A stretch of DNA of 64,000 nt from a virus (lineage: Duplodnaviria > Heunggongvirae > Uroviricota > Caudoviricetes), in the IMG/VR virus record IMGVR_UViG_3300014043_000277, one strand, 5' to 3'. Under the pieces are notes generated by a model, which saw only the letters and a list, made by a program, of their open reading frames with translations, was not told the DNA's origin and searched no databases. Both the position numbers and the translations under genes were made by a program. Shown here in pieces: positions 11,309 through 22,549 of the stretch. The first letter of the stretch is position 1, and each line of letters starts with the position of its first letter.

Positions 11309-11654
11309 TCAATCAGTCAATGTGAGTGTGATACTGTCAATGGTGAAATCAGTGGGTGAATCCGGCAGAACATCCGCAAGCGCAATGAGAGCATCATCGC
11401 TGGTTGCATTGAGTCGTTCACATAATGAATCCATGGAACCTCCATCATAATAGTATTTACCTGGGGTGTCATAATCCAATTCAAATGGTTCATCATACTG
11501 GTAGAAATCATCAATCCCATCGGTTCCATCAATGGAGTCAATGAGTTCATTCATAGCGTAATCCGGTAGTTCAACCGTCCGGTTGGCGACGGTATACCTG
11601 TTCCATGCGCCGGATTACCGGTGTGCCAGCGAGTTCAACCATTATATTAACCAT
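11309..11654 (-). pseudogene. Very acidic small protein with an apparent 1-nt frameshift near 11615
   Basis: The RBS-preceded ATG at 11654 is out of frame with the 11309-11554 ORF. Removing 1 nt gives a continuous MVNIMVELAGTPVSGAWNRYTVANRTVELPDYAMNELID... Confidence 0.55.
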
Positions 11655-12337
11655 AATTCCCGGTTCCTTTCACAAACCATATGGAATACCATATCAAGTA
11701 TTTTAAGCACAAGTATACACTACCATGCCAGTTAAATCAAACCTGTACTGCGTGTAGCCAGTCAAATCAGCATTATTTTCGTGCTTCCCGCCATGTGAAA
11801 ATTGCTTATCATATGTTTGGGATTCAAATTATGCTCATAAATCAACATCAATGATTATTGATATATCCAGATTTAATCCAGTGCGATTATGCCAGCATAC
11901 ATGTGAGCAATCCTATTTTTATGCTGTGAATCATGACTGATTACAATAATCAGTGCGTTTCTCATATACCGGCAATACACTAATTGGCATGTTGATTTGA
12001 TTACATTCTGTATACAGTGAGTTCAGAATCACAGAATAACCAATGGTGAGCAGTGTTATATTGATGACATATGATAAAATTTGTTAAGTATAATCCGCAA
12101 TCATGGTATTGTTAAATGCGTTCAATGTTTTTGAAGCGCGTTCACTGTTTAATTCAATTGTTAAAGAGCAAAGGGGATGGAAGTATTATGTTGTTTTATG
12201 TGAAAATCTGTGCTGATGCAATCAAGGCATGATTTCAGAACAGAACTGTTAAACGATTGAATGCTGAAATTTTGAAGCTTTCGTAGAAAAGGCGCGATTG
12301 AGCATATTTTAGCGATAATGAAAATATGGGAAAATCG

Positions 12338-12460
12338 GCGTCGTTCACAGGGCTGAAAGTATCGTGCCCTGTGAACGCCTGTTTAAATCAGAATTATGTA
12401 AAATGCCATTTCTGATGCGTCGCTCATAAAACGCGCAAAACCGCCGTCAGAATCGAAATC
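12338..12460 (+). repeat. Dispersed ~120-bp hairpin repeat, copy A (divergent)
   Basis: CACAGGGC..GCCCTGTG hairpin followed by GATGCGT.GCTCATAAAAC..AAAACCGCCGTCAGAATCGAAAT. Confidence 0.7.
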
Positions 12461-12894
12461 GGTGTTATACAGTATTCAGTTCTTTCTATTTTCAACCTCT
12501 CCGCGCGCTTGAAAATTCCAGCATATGAGAACACTAAAAAATATGAATTTAGTATTCAAGTGCTGACAGTGTGTTCATTTGATGCTATATTCAGAATCCT
12601 AGGGCAATAAACATCGTTAATCAAACAAACAGGTTGAAAATCAGGGTCGTTATATAAACACGTTGGATCATCACGCTTTCAACCCATCTCATATGCCATC
12701 GCCATTCTTGTTTCCTGTATAGTATCATATGCTTGCAGCGCAAACATAAGTTAGCAGAATCGCGTAAGAATCAGCCTAGACGAACAATAAGGCACACTGT
12801 GAGCAGGTTTATTAAATTCCCTGCTCCTAGGGTTCCTTATTTGTCAAATCATGGTTCAATTTGTCCACATTGTATTCAATCGAACCATGATATG

Positions 12895-13239
12895 TCAAAT
12901 CATTTCAATTTCACCGTTCGCGGCGGCTTCCTTGACCTTCTTACGAGATCGCGCATTCGCTCCGAGCTTATTGCCGCCATGCTGCAACAGGAATTCATTC
13001 AAATGACGGGCAGTGGTTTGAGAAGCGTCCCATGCGTCAGTCAGGGACAGGAACCCGCCCTTGTTCAACATGTGGTTAATACCACCACCGTTAATGACAG
13101 CGATAAGAGTATCATAGGAATACAGGCTCACGGAACCAGGCGTTTCCACGACATGAGCCTTACCATAGAACGACCTAGCGGAATCATACAGAGCTTCCAA
13201 CTTGTAAACCTTAGCGTTAACATTAGTGATGTTCAGCAT
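12895..13239 (-). CDS. Conserved phage/MGE-type hypothetical protein (114 aa)
   Basis: Motifs SFYGKA..LYSYDT..SQTTARH recognised from small phage proteins; GAAAGGA RBS, promoter and terminator present. Confidence 0.8.
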   Translation of the reverse strand: MLNITNVNAKVYKLEALYDSARSFYGKAHVVETPGSVSLYSYDTLIAVINGGGINHMLNKGGFLSLTDAWDASQTTARHLNEFLLQHGGNKLGANARSRKKVKEAAANGEIEMI

Positions 13240-13804
13240 TTTAACAATCCTTTCGTTTTCATTGTTAATTACATCATAGCATGGATACAAGTTGAATGCA
13301 AGAATACTTGCATGTACGGTGTGTCGTGTTGAAAATACCGGGAAATCACCGGTTAAACGACATGATTCCATTGATAAAAAGCGCGTGCAATTTGAATACA
13401 AGGAACACGCTGAATACAAGGTATATGCAATCAATCGAGGATATGAACAGCGTAATGACATGAATGCTCATGTAATCGTTTTAATCGAATTCGCAATGCC
13501 ATACTGTGGATACATGCCGTTAACAATCAATTATGCTGGTAATTCGCTATTTATGGAACCATACGCCAAACAGTTCTGATTGCAGACATGCCGCTTAAAA
13601 GAAAACGAACATGATTATAAGAATTTCATGTTCGTTCCTGTTAATAATTATTCAAATTTTTTGCAGGTTGAATCCGACGGGTTGATTATAGGAATTCAAC
13701 GGCTCGTTGTGATTTCAGTATGCGAGACATGCCGAAATTGATTTCATACAGTGCTCGTTGTATGTATTATCAAACCATCAAGCAAAACGAAAGCCCGAAA
13801 GGAA

Positions 13805-13930
13805 ATGTTCACCGCATACGACGCAGAAACCAACACCGACATATCCGTCAAGCCCATCGCCATCCACAAGAGCCACGAGCATGCGCTGTTCATCGCTGAC
13901 GCGAACACTGGCAAGGGAATCTCAGACTGA
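13805..13930 (+). CDS. Possible 41-aa peptide or gene remnant (MFTAYDAETNTDISVKP...)
   Basis: GAAAGGAA RBS and upstream GAGACATGCC/TTGATT promoter-like sequence; coding-like codon pattern. Confidence 0.35.
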   Translation: MFTAYDAETNTDISVKPIAIHKSHEHALFIADANTGKGISD

Positions 13931-14137
13931 GTTTGGACACGCCGATACATACGACGGTACCGTCCGCCATGTTAGCAATGCTTGCATACGATATGCATAC
14001 AAAAGCGCATGGAAACGGACAAGACAGTTCGTCGGCGCGACACGCCGGAGTTGATTTTCTCATGCCCGTTATGCTATCATGTAATCAACGCAAACAAGGG
14101 ATACCCCCTTATGAACCTAGAGAAAAGGAAGTTGACA

Positions 14138-14764
14138 ATGGGACACGCTGTTGATTACATGACCTTCGACCGCAAGACGCCGCGCAAGACAATGCGTGCA
14201 TGCGTTGAGGACTGGGCGAAGCATAATGTTGACCCCTATGAGCACAGTGAGGACGGCAATATTTGGAACATCGACGTGTATGACGGCACCCTGAACGGCG
14301 ACAGGGCATGGCATGAGGACATGGTGTATGCATGCCGTCAGGATGCGGAGGACGCCATCACGCGGATGGACAAGGGCTTCTACGATGACCACGCCGTGTT
14401 GTTCTATGATGTTGATTCACTGAAGCCGACCGCCGCGATGAACGCCATCAAGCGTCGGCAGGACGAGACGGAGAAGAAGCGCGAAGCCCTCATCGCAGAC
14501 TCACATGCTTGGACTGGCCGCAAGAGCAAGTACGTCACCTGCGAGGGTTGCGGTTCCAGGCTGAACGTGGAACGTCTGCGCTCGATGCGCACATGCACCT
14601 GCCCGCTGTGCCGGAATGACCTGCGTTCCGAAACCGTCCTTAACCGCATCAAGGCGTATGATGAGAAGATCAAGGAACTGCGCGGCAAGTATGCCAATGA
14701 GATGAAGAAGCTCAAGAGCAAAGCCGCTGTGAAGTGGCTCGTGAAGATGGAAGTCCACTGCTGA
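14138..14764 (+). CDS. Zinc-ribbon/coiled-coil hypothetical protein (208 aa)
   Basis: CEGC...CPLC motif, AAAGGA RBS, GCGACACGCC/TTGATT..TATCAT promoter. Confidence 0.85.
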   Translation: MGHAVDYMTFDRKTPRKTMRACVEDWAKHNVDPYEHSEDGNIWNIDVYDGTLNGDRAWHEDMVYACRQDAEDAITRMDKGFYDDHAVLFYDVDSLKPTAAMNAIKRRQDETEKKREALIADSHAWTGRKSKYVTCEGCGSRLNVERLRSMRTCTCPLCRNDLRSETVLNRIKAYDEKIKELRGKYANEMKKLKSKAAVKWLVKMEVHC

Positions 14765-14780
14765 GCGTTCCGGCTGGTTG

Positions 14781-14827
14781 AAAAATAGATGGGAACCAGA
14801 CTACTATGACGGTTCCCATCTATTTTT
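14781..14827 (+). terminator. Intrinsic terminator
   Basis: AAAAATAGATGGGAACC...GGTTCCCATCTATTTTT. Confidence 0.8.
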
Positions 14828-17800
14828 GCTTCTTCCTATGTTCATCCTCAGAACGGAAAACCCTCACGGCTCCCATAACATCATCTCCAACCCCGCCGGA
14901 ACGGGTTCATACGCGAAACCCATGTGCAAGACCGGAGGAAAGCGGCATGCTGTTCCGGCTGAGAACTGTCGGACGAGCATCCACAGGTATCGGTCAGGCG
15001 GCTTGACGGGCGGCGGTTCGTATCCGAGGTGGCTGATTAGCATCCATGCATGAAGTCAACTCCGCATTACGCGACGATGAATCGAACGCCTCCTCCCCGG
15101 ACACACTACGTGCATGTCATCAGAGAGAACGGAAACTGCGTTCATCCTGTGCCCTTGTTGCTCATCAGACAGCCAATCACTGTCGCAGCTGACCGGAATC
15201 TCAGGATGGTCTCACTGGAGCCTAGAGAGACGAGTCTCAATCATCGCGTGCCCTCATGTGGAGTTTCTCCCGTATCACATAATCATTCATGCCTGCAATG
15301 ATAGTAAAAATGCTGGCTCATGGAAGGCAAAACAACCAGCGCATATGGCTTCCCGGCCATTCATATGCACGCAATGACAACATGGACTAAGCAAAAAGGA
15401 GCATGAACGGATAGAAGAAGGGAGGAAAACCGCCGAACCGTGTTCATGGGAACATCATCATGGGAAGGCATCCTGTGAGATACTGAACACCTCCCATGCA
15501 GGTTCCGTAATAATGCCGAACAAACGCTCCTTGCCGAGGATGTCATCGGTACAGGGACTCGCCCCGGCATTCCACTTGGCTCGCCATCCTGTTCATGATG
15601 ATGTTGCTGGCATCTTGACTGTAATGACATCAAACAGAAAAACCTCCTCCTTCCACAGCGTTCGCTGTTGCCGCATCCAAGCTCTATCTTCCTTCTGTCT
15701 TTTCTTAGTATTTCCCTGATTGTCTTCTTTGCTTTGATCTGCACCGGCATTGAACGCATAATAGCCTCTCAGAATGCGAATACTACTTCGGGATGCCAGC
15801 AATCCTCCATCTCATCTGAAACTATAAGACGCACACTCCTCGATGATCATGCCGATCGCCTGTCATTCATGATAATCACACGTGAATGCAATCATTCATG
15901 ATCATGTTCCCTGATGGTCGCAATGATATACGCTTGACAGTATACGCGCTTGAAATCACATCAGGTTTGCATGCATGTACCATACGGAAACAACAAGTGA
16001 AGAAGGCTCCTTCATGACTGGTTCACATCCAAGCATCGCTTAATCTCGGTCGTATCCTCCTCACCATCGCAGGCAGTCTCGCCGGAATCGTCCGTATCCG
16101 AAGAACTCCCGTGTGTCATCCCCCCCCCACGTCAATGGCGACATGCACACATGCAATCAGGACTGTGGCACTATGACGAAAAAGACAGTCATCGAGAATC
16201 GGAATACAGCTAACACCCAGCCAGCGTCCGCAGCAAGCATCATCGAGGCGACAGGGACATCACTCCGAACACATCCAGTCCATCGGCCTCCATGCTGGCA
16301 AGGTGTACAATCCGAAACCATGCCGCCAGCCATGCGGTTTTCTACCGGTCATTCTGTTTCCCAATCCTTCCTTTTCCTGTGATGCGTCCATTCCTATGGT
16401 CTGTGGCGGCGGAAACCCGATACGAAGCCGAAATCACGGAAACAGTCAAACATACGGCATCTGAATACAAACCATGCCAGCATACACTCATCCTGTGAAA
16501 CTCCGTGGAATTGCATCATGACCCGTTTCTAAGTTTCGCTCTCGGCGGATACAACCATGAATGGCACGGAACGGCTCATGCACATCATGTTTCATTATCC
16601 TTTCCCATATGCATGGAAAATATCTTCGGTTGACACAGCATACACCATCCTTTCCCGACTCGACGCAGGCGGTATCATTATATGAGGAATATGTCCACAT
16701 TCGCATCAATGTTCTCACGCATCATTCATGATTGTATTCAGGCGCTTCCATCGATACCGGATAAGTGTTTACCGGAAACAAGCAGGCAACAGTGAAACGA
16801 TGACTTCCTATCCACGCGGAAGACACGGAACGGCAACCATCAGGTCTGATACATGGAGGCACCGCTTTCACATGCCATCATCGCAACGCCGTATTGAACA
16901 AGACGAGCATGACCCGTGGCAGTTTTGTTCATCCACATATGTGGACATTGCAGACAATAACAGGAAGTACCCCTTTACCAGCATTTCACATGCTATCATT
17001 GACCGCAAGCTGAACCCGAGACTTCCGCAAGCTTATATGACATATGCCAGGCATGACGGGCTCATCCCAACATGACAACAGGTACGCGATAACCTGGCAA
17101 TCCGGCAACGATGAATTGGCAAATACTCTGGTTCCCGGACAGTCTCAGTGATAAAAGACTCATTCCGGGTTTCCTGACACGAACATATGCGATAATGACA
17201 GAACCACTCGCATTGAAGATTCCATCATCATTTCATCACGAAAAACACAGCGTCTTCAAACCCGTTACCAGCAGAATGCCAGCATTGCCGATCATCAAAG
17301 CATCGGTCAATGCAATGAGGCAAGCGACGACAATATGATGGACTATTCAGAATGCCTTGACATGATGCGCCATCAGATTATCATGCTTCAAAAACGAAAA
17401 GCGCCTGTGAACATAAGATCAGTCGATAATCCCTGACAAGAATGATGACGAATTCACCCTTGAAAACATATGATCACACCAAGCCACATCGTCGGCATGA
17501 ACACCGGAAACGCCGCGCTGAATTGAAACAGCAAACGAGAACCATTCATCAACATCATGCAGCGTGTCATTCGGGCAAGGAAAGCGATTACTCGTAAGTA
17601 CCGTGACCGAACGCTGACCCGCGCCTATTCATAAAGCCGAACAAGCCACGCCGTATGCGAGAAAACCCATGAAACGAGCATTGTCAACAGGATGATTACA
17701 CAGACGGGCATGATGCGACTTAACACTTGGCATCAACCACGAGATTCCTGCGAACTGGACTTGCTTGGCAGGATGTATCCGTCCGAATCCATCGACTTCC

Positions 17801-18199
17801 CATTTTAAGCAAGCCCCCCCCCCCCGATTGTCTGGCTGTTCCTGTATTTCAGTTATGAAAGCAATCATAGCACATTCATTACGACAGACCCTAGGCATTG
17901 AAATACCGGGACTGCGAGCTGTGAACATCATCAACAATTCGATTCAGGATATCATCGCAATCCTCATCATCATCCCGTACATACAGGTATGACCGGAGCA
18001 TGGAGTCATCTCATGCATTCATGATGACATCCCCCGCCGACATGAAGGAAACCATTGAAAAAGCGAACATGACGAACCTGGCAATCCGCCCATTTCCCGT
18101 CAAACCTCTCCTTTTCGCACAACATATTATTCAGCTTCGCGCATCGTTCCATCTTACAATCCCATGAAAACACACAGGATTCCACACTGCTCACAACAA

Positions 18200-20700
18200 T
18201 CACAGAATGATTGCCACATCACATTCATAATGAACAAACCAAGAAATCCCGCATCATGAACTCACACTACAACAGCATTCATTGAAAACATGAAACCAAT
18301 GAAATCCATCAATAAGCAACACATTCATCATACACTGAGAAACCGCACGACATTCGCTCGCCCTGAACGGAATTCTCACGAACAAGCTAAACAAAACCTC
18401 TTCCGAATCATCCTCAGTGATAATCATCTTAAAAGACAATACACGCAATAACAATCAAATCATAAACCAGCACTCGCATACAAATGCCAGCATATCCAAT
18501 GCTCCCTCTGAAACTCATCACAATAATAATCCCAGCGCTCACAAACAACACCCATGAAATCCCCTCATAATCAATTCTACGCCGAATACAACAAACCGAT
18601 AACAATGAAAACCGCATAAACATTCAGATGGAACACATTCACCCAAGAACAGCAAACACCATTCAAACGCGCTTCACCCAAACTATAATTATTCCATGAC
18701 CCATTACAGATTGATACCAGAATCCAATTTCGCAGAACAAAAACACAATCCATTCCTAACAATCATCATGAATCCACACCGGCATTCCATATTGATTAAA
18801 AGCATACATTCTAACAAGAATCAAAATCCGATTAATCCACGAACACTATCAAACCAATTCTAAACATGCTCACATAATGAAAACAATCCATTAACAAACA
18901 CCAATAGAATAACCATACTTCGCGCTCGCCAATAATGCCCACACTCCTGATTACAATGAAAACATTTGATTTCTCCCTATGGCGAAACTTACAAAACCAG
19001 CATGACACATACCATTGACAAACCCGAAACCCTTACAAACACAGTTATTCCGAACAAAACACAATCCGAAACCATCCGCAATCAACCAACAATCACCCTT
19101 AAAAGTTGATTTCGCCATAGGAGAAAACTTACAAAACCAGCATGACACTCACCCCAGAATTAATACTCACAATGAAAACAAACTGAACACAATCAAATAA
19201 TAATCCCAGCGCTCGCAAACAAAACCAATTCTCATATCCATCACAGAAATAATAAGAACAGAATAATAACACCAATAGAATCAGAACAACCGAAGCAAAC
19301 CCGCATAATGAAACAATAAATGAAAACAAATGCGCACAAATGAAAACAAAAAAGAAAAAACCAGCCAGACAATGGGGCGGGTTCACAACAGGGCGCGGGA
19401 TGATTGTTTTCATCCTGCCATCAATGCCCGCACATTCACATGCCATCAAGATTTGCCAGCATTCCCCCGCGTCTTCCGCCAGCGTTCACGCTGATGCCAT
19501 GCTGTGTTTTGCCAGCCCGCCGCATTCACGCCGAGTGCCGCCGATGCCAGCATTTTCAGCGTTCCCGCCGCGTTCTCACAGCAGCCCTCCGTTGACCGCA
19601 GCCGCAGCCCCGCCGACACACACGCGGGGTGTTCACATGTACACATGTGTCCAACGGGTGTCGTTATTGTCGGTGGTCTGGCGGATTCCTCCGCCATGGG
19701 ATCATGTGTACATTGTATTCAATCGGGCGTCTATGAGTCGGAGTCGTAGACGTAGGCGTGGCGTGTAGGCGTGGTGGCTTGTCCAACACGGCGTTAAGCA
19801 CGACACGGCGTAGTCGTAGACGTAGACGTTTCCCGGTAATCAAGAGTCATGCTTGCATGGCTCGCGGATTACTGGTCAGACAATCGCTTGCGATTGGCGT
19901 CTTTTCGCTTATTGGGCATACTACAAGCATTCGCGCGGTAGTATGTCTGCGTTTGCCTGTGGCAATTTATGTTTTATTCGATGCACCTGCTTGCAGACGC
20001 TTTTGTGGATGTATGCGGTGCATATATATATTCTATTTATTGGTATGCTTGTGATTCTATCACGGCATGTTAATGTGTATTATTTATGGCTTGATTGTTG
20101 GTCGGTTTCCCTGATTCCATTGGTTTTTTTATTACATGATTAATGTTATTTATTATGGTATGATTCTATTGGCGTTAGGTTTATGGTTTTGTCGGTGATG
20201 TTCTTGTTTTTTTGAGGTTTTTGTTGCGTTCTTATTCTATTTGGTTTTTTTATTATGGTTCATCCTATTGTTCTATTCTTTATTGTTTATTTTGTTTGCG
20301 TATCATGTATTATATATGATACGCTGGCGGTGTTTGTTTTATGGGATAGGGAGTGGATGATGCCGTTAAGGTTCATCCGCAGCACGAATACTGTTCTTTT
20401 TCTTATTTTTTTACGCTTATTTTCTTTTGTTATAGGTGTTTTGTTTGTTGGTATGAGTGCGCCTCTTTTTGAGGGTTTCGGATTATGGTTTCACTACGAT
20501 ACTGTATGCGCGGATTTTTCAAATGTCATTTCATGTGCGTTCGGGCGAGGTTGGCTTTTTCTGTGATGATGCCGGTGATTCTTCAAAAATGCGGTTGGAA
20601 GGGCGTTTTTCGGGTGGTATTTTTATTGTTTTTATGATTTGTTGGATGCCGTATGGTTTGTTATTTGCCGCGTGCATGATATTCGTTCAATGATTGGTTT
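18200..20700. other. Candidate origin (oriV/oriT) region with strand-skew inversion
   Basis: A/C-rich left arm, GC-rich core with repeats, T/G-rich right arm; non-coding; adjacent to the Replic_Relax-like gene. Confidence 0.45.
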
Positions 20701-20722
20701 TTTCGTAAAAGGAGTTTTTATC

Positions 20723-22510
20723 ATGAGCGAGGGTTTTCCTAATCGTCCTGTGCCAAGGCCGTTCCAGCCGCGCGTACCGAATAATAATGGTTCTCCTGAT
20801 AATTCCAATAATACCGTGAATAATAATCCTGTGAATGCTCCGCGTCCTGTTCCGCATAATGCTGGCAATGTGTCCAATGCGCGTTTCAATCCGGGGGCTG
20901 GTGTTAATCCTGTGGTTCCGGTTCATGGGAATAATGGTCAGGTTCATGCGAATCCGCAGCGGGTCGCGCCGTTGCGGCCTGCGGTTCCGTTGCATGACGC
21001 GCGTCGTGTGAATGAGGATGAATCCAATGCTGGCATGCGGGATGTTCGCCGTCCTGTGTTGCGGCCTTTCGGGGATGAGCGGCGGGATGCTGGCGTTTCG
21101 GATGTCCGGCGCAAGGATGATTCCGTGCGTAGTGTTGAGCCAGTGGAGCGTGCGGAGGATTCCGTTGCCGGTGGTGATGATGAACCCGGTGTGATTGTGC
21201 GTTCGGTGGGTCAGAGGGGTCCGGATAGGTTTCCGCGTGAGCATCGTGTGGCGCGTGGTTTGTTCCTTACACCTGAGCAGGTTGATTTGATTGATCGTTT
21301 GAACATGCGTCGTTTGAACAGGGATATCCGTGCCAAGTCATTCACGTTGACTCGTGAGGACAGGTTCATTCTGGATTATCTTGTGCGCGCGCGTTTCGCG
21401 ACGTTGGCGGATGTGGGTCGTGTCGGCGGTTGGTCGGATTCGTATATGAAGACAAGGCGTCGGTTGCATGCGTTGGAGGATGTCGGGTTGATCAAGGTCG
21501 AGAGGGTTCCTTTTGAGAATTATGTTTATATCATGGCGACGCAGGATGGTTTGAGGTTGAGTGGGTATGGTTATCTGGGCATTGACAATGACATTGATGT
21601 ATTGCGTGCCTATCGCGGGCATGCGTTCGGGTTGTCGTCATTGGCTTCTCATTTGATGAACCGTAGGAAGGACGCGGATGAGGTCGAGAGGGATTTGCTG
21701 GGTGTCGGTGAGGATGAGTACACTGCCATCAGGAAGGAGATTCTTTCAGGGAAGTCGCATGTGGTCATGGAGAGGGAGTATCGTTCGGCGTGGAAGAGGG
21801 TGAGGGAGACTGCGGGGAGGTCGCCGTCCGCGTTGACGGAGGCGAATTACAGGCATGGCATGGAGACATTGTACATGGAGGCGCATGAGGATAAGGGGAA
21901 TGTCAGGTCAAGGCTGACGGGGCAGACGTTCGAGTATTATTGCACTAATCCTGATTATCGTGGCGACATGGCATGGTTGTGGATAGTGTATGGGAATGAC
22001 ATCGTGTACCGGGATAACCGGGGAGGGTATCGGGTGAAGCCTGTGGACAATGCGGCCATTGATGACAAGGGAAGGCCGGTGCTGGTGAAGGCGAACGGGG
22101 ATTTGTTCAGCACACAGGACCATTGCCCGGATATGGTGGTGTGCCGTCCCCGTGATCTTTCTTCCGGTAGGCCGGGTAGCATCGCGGTGGAACTTGAACT
22201 GTCAGCGAAGACCAAGGATGAGTACATGAGGATAATGTTCGGTTACATGTCGAAATGCGGCAGGTTGCTGTATCGCATGGTGGTATGGCAGGTGGTGAAT
22301 GCGGCGATTGCGAACATCATACGTTCAGGCGCGAGTCAGGCTGGCGCGGTCGAGGGCAGGGATTATGCGATAGTGCCGGTTCATTCCGGTGATGTGAGGC
22401 AGTCGTTCAATTACGGTGCGGACATGGTGCCGGGCGCATGGAAGGATGGTGATGAGGCGAAGGGTTACACTATCGCGAAGGCGCTCATGGAAGGCACTTA
22501 TGGCAAATGA
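20723..22510 (+). CDS. Replication-relaxation (Replic_Relax-like) protein with Pro/Asn-rich N-terminal extension
   Basis: wHTH-like LTREDRFILDYLVRARFATL..RRRLHALEDVGLI and nuclease-like PDMVV..IAVELELSAK; AAAGGAG RBS. Confidence 0.7.
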   Translation: MSEGFPNRPVPRPFQPRVPNNNGSPDNSNNTVNNNPVNAPRPVPHNAGNVSNARFNPGAGVNPVVPVHGNNGQVHANPQRVAPLRPAVPLHDARRVNEDESNAGMRDVRRPVLRPFGDERRDAGVSDVRRKDDSVRSVEPVERAEDSVAGGDDEPGVIVRSVGQRGPDRFPREHRVARGLFLTPEQVDLIDRLNMRRLNRDIRAKSFTLTREDRFILDYLVRARFATLADVGRVGGWSDSYMKTRRRLHALEDVGLIKVERVPFENYVYIMATQDGLRLSGYGYLGIDNDIDVLRAYRGHAFGLSSLASHLMNRRKDADEVERDLLGVGEDEYTAIRKEILSGKSHVVMEREYRSAWKRVRETAGRSPSALTEANYRHGMETLYMEAHEDKGNVRSRLTGQTFEYYCTNPDYRGDMAWLWIVYGNDIVYRDNRGGYRVKPVDNAAIDDKGRPVLVKANGDLFSTQDHCPDMVVCRPRDLSSGRPGSIAVELELSAKTKDEYMRIMFGYMSKCGRLLYRMVVWQVVNAAIANIIRSGASQAGAVEGRDYAIVPVHSGDVRQSFNYGADMVPGAWKDGDEAKGYTIAKALMEGTYGK

Positions 22511-22549
22511 TGGATGATTCAGTATGAATTGTTCGCGGAAGGAGAAACA

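Noticed and set aside
7928-17825. G/C homopolymer runs (near 7928, 16120, 17814) as phase-variation switches
   Set aside because: Not within a credible gene or promoter spacer.
14778-20693. Numerous 60-140 aa ORFs in the track
   Set aside because: No RBS or motifs, mutually overlapping, and composition reflects nucleotide skew; treated as spurious.
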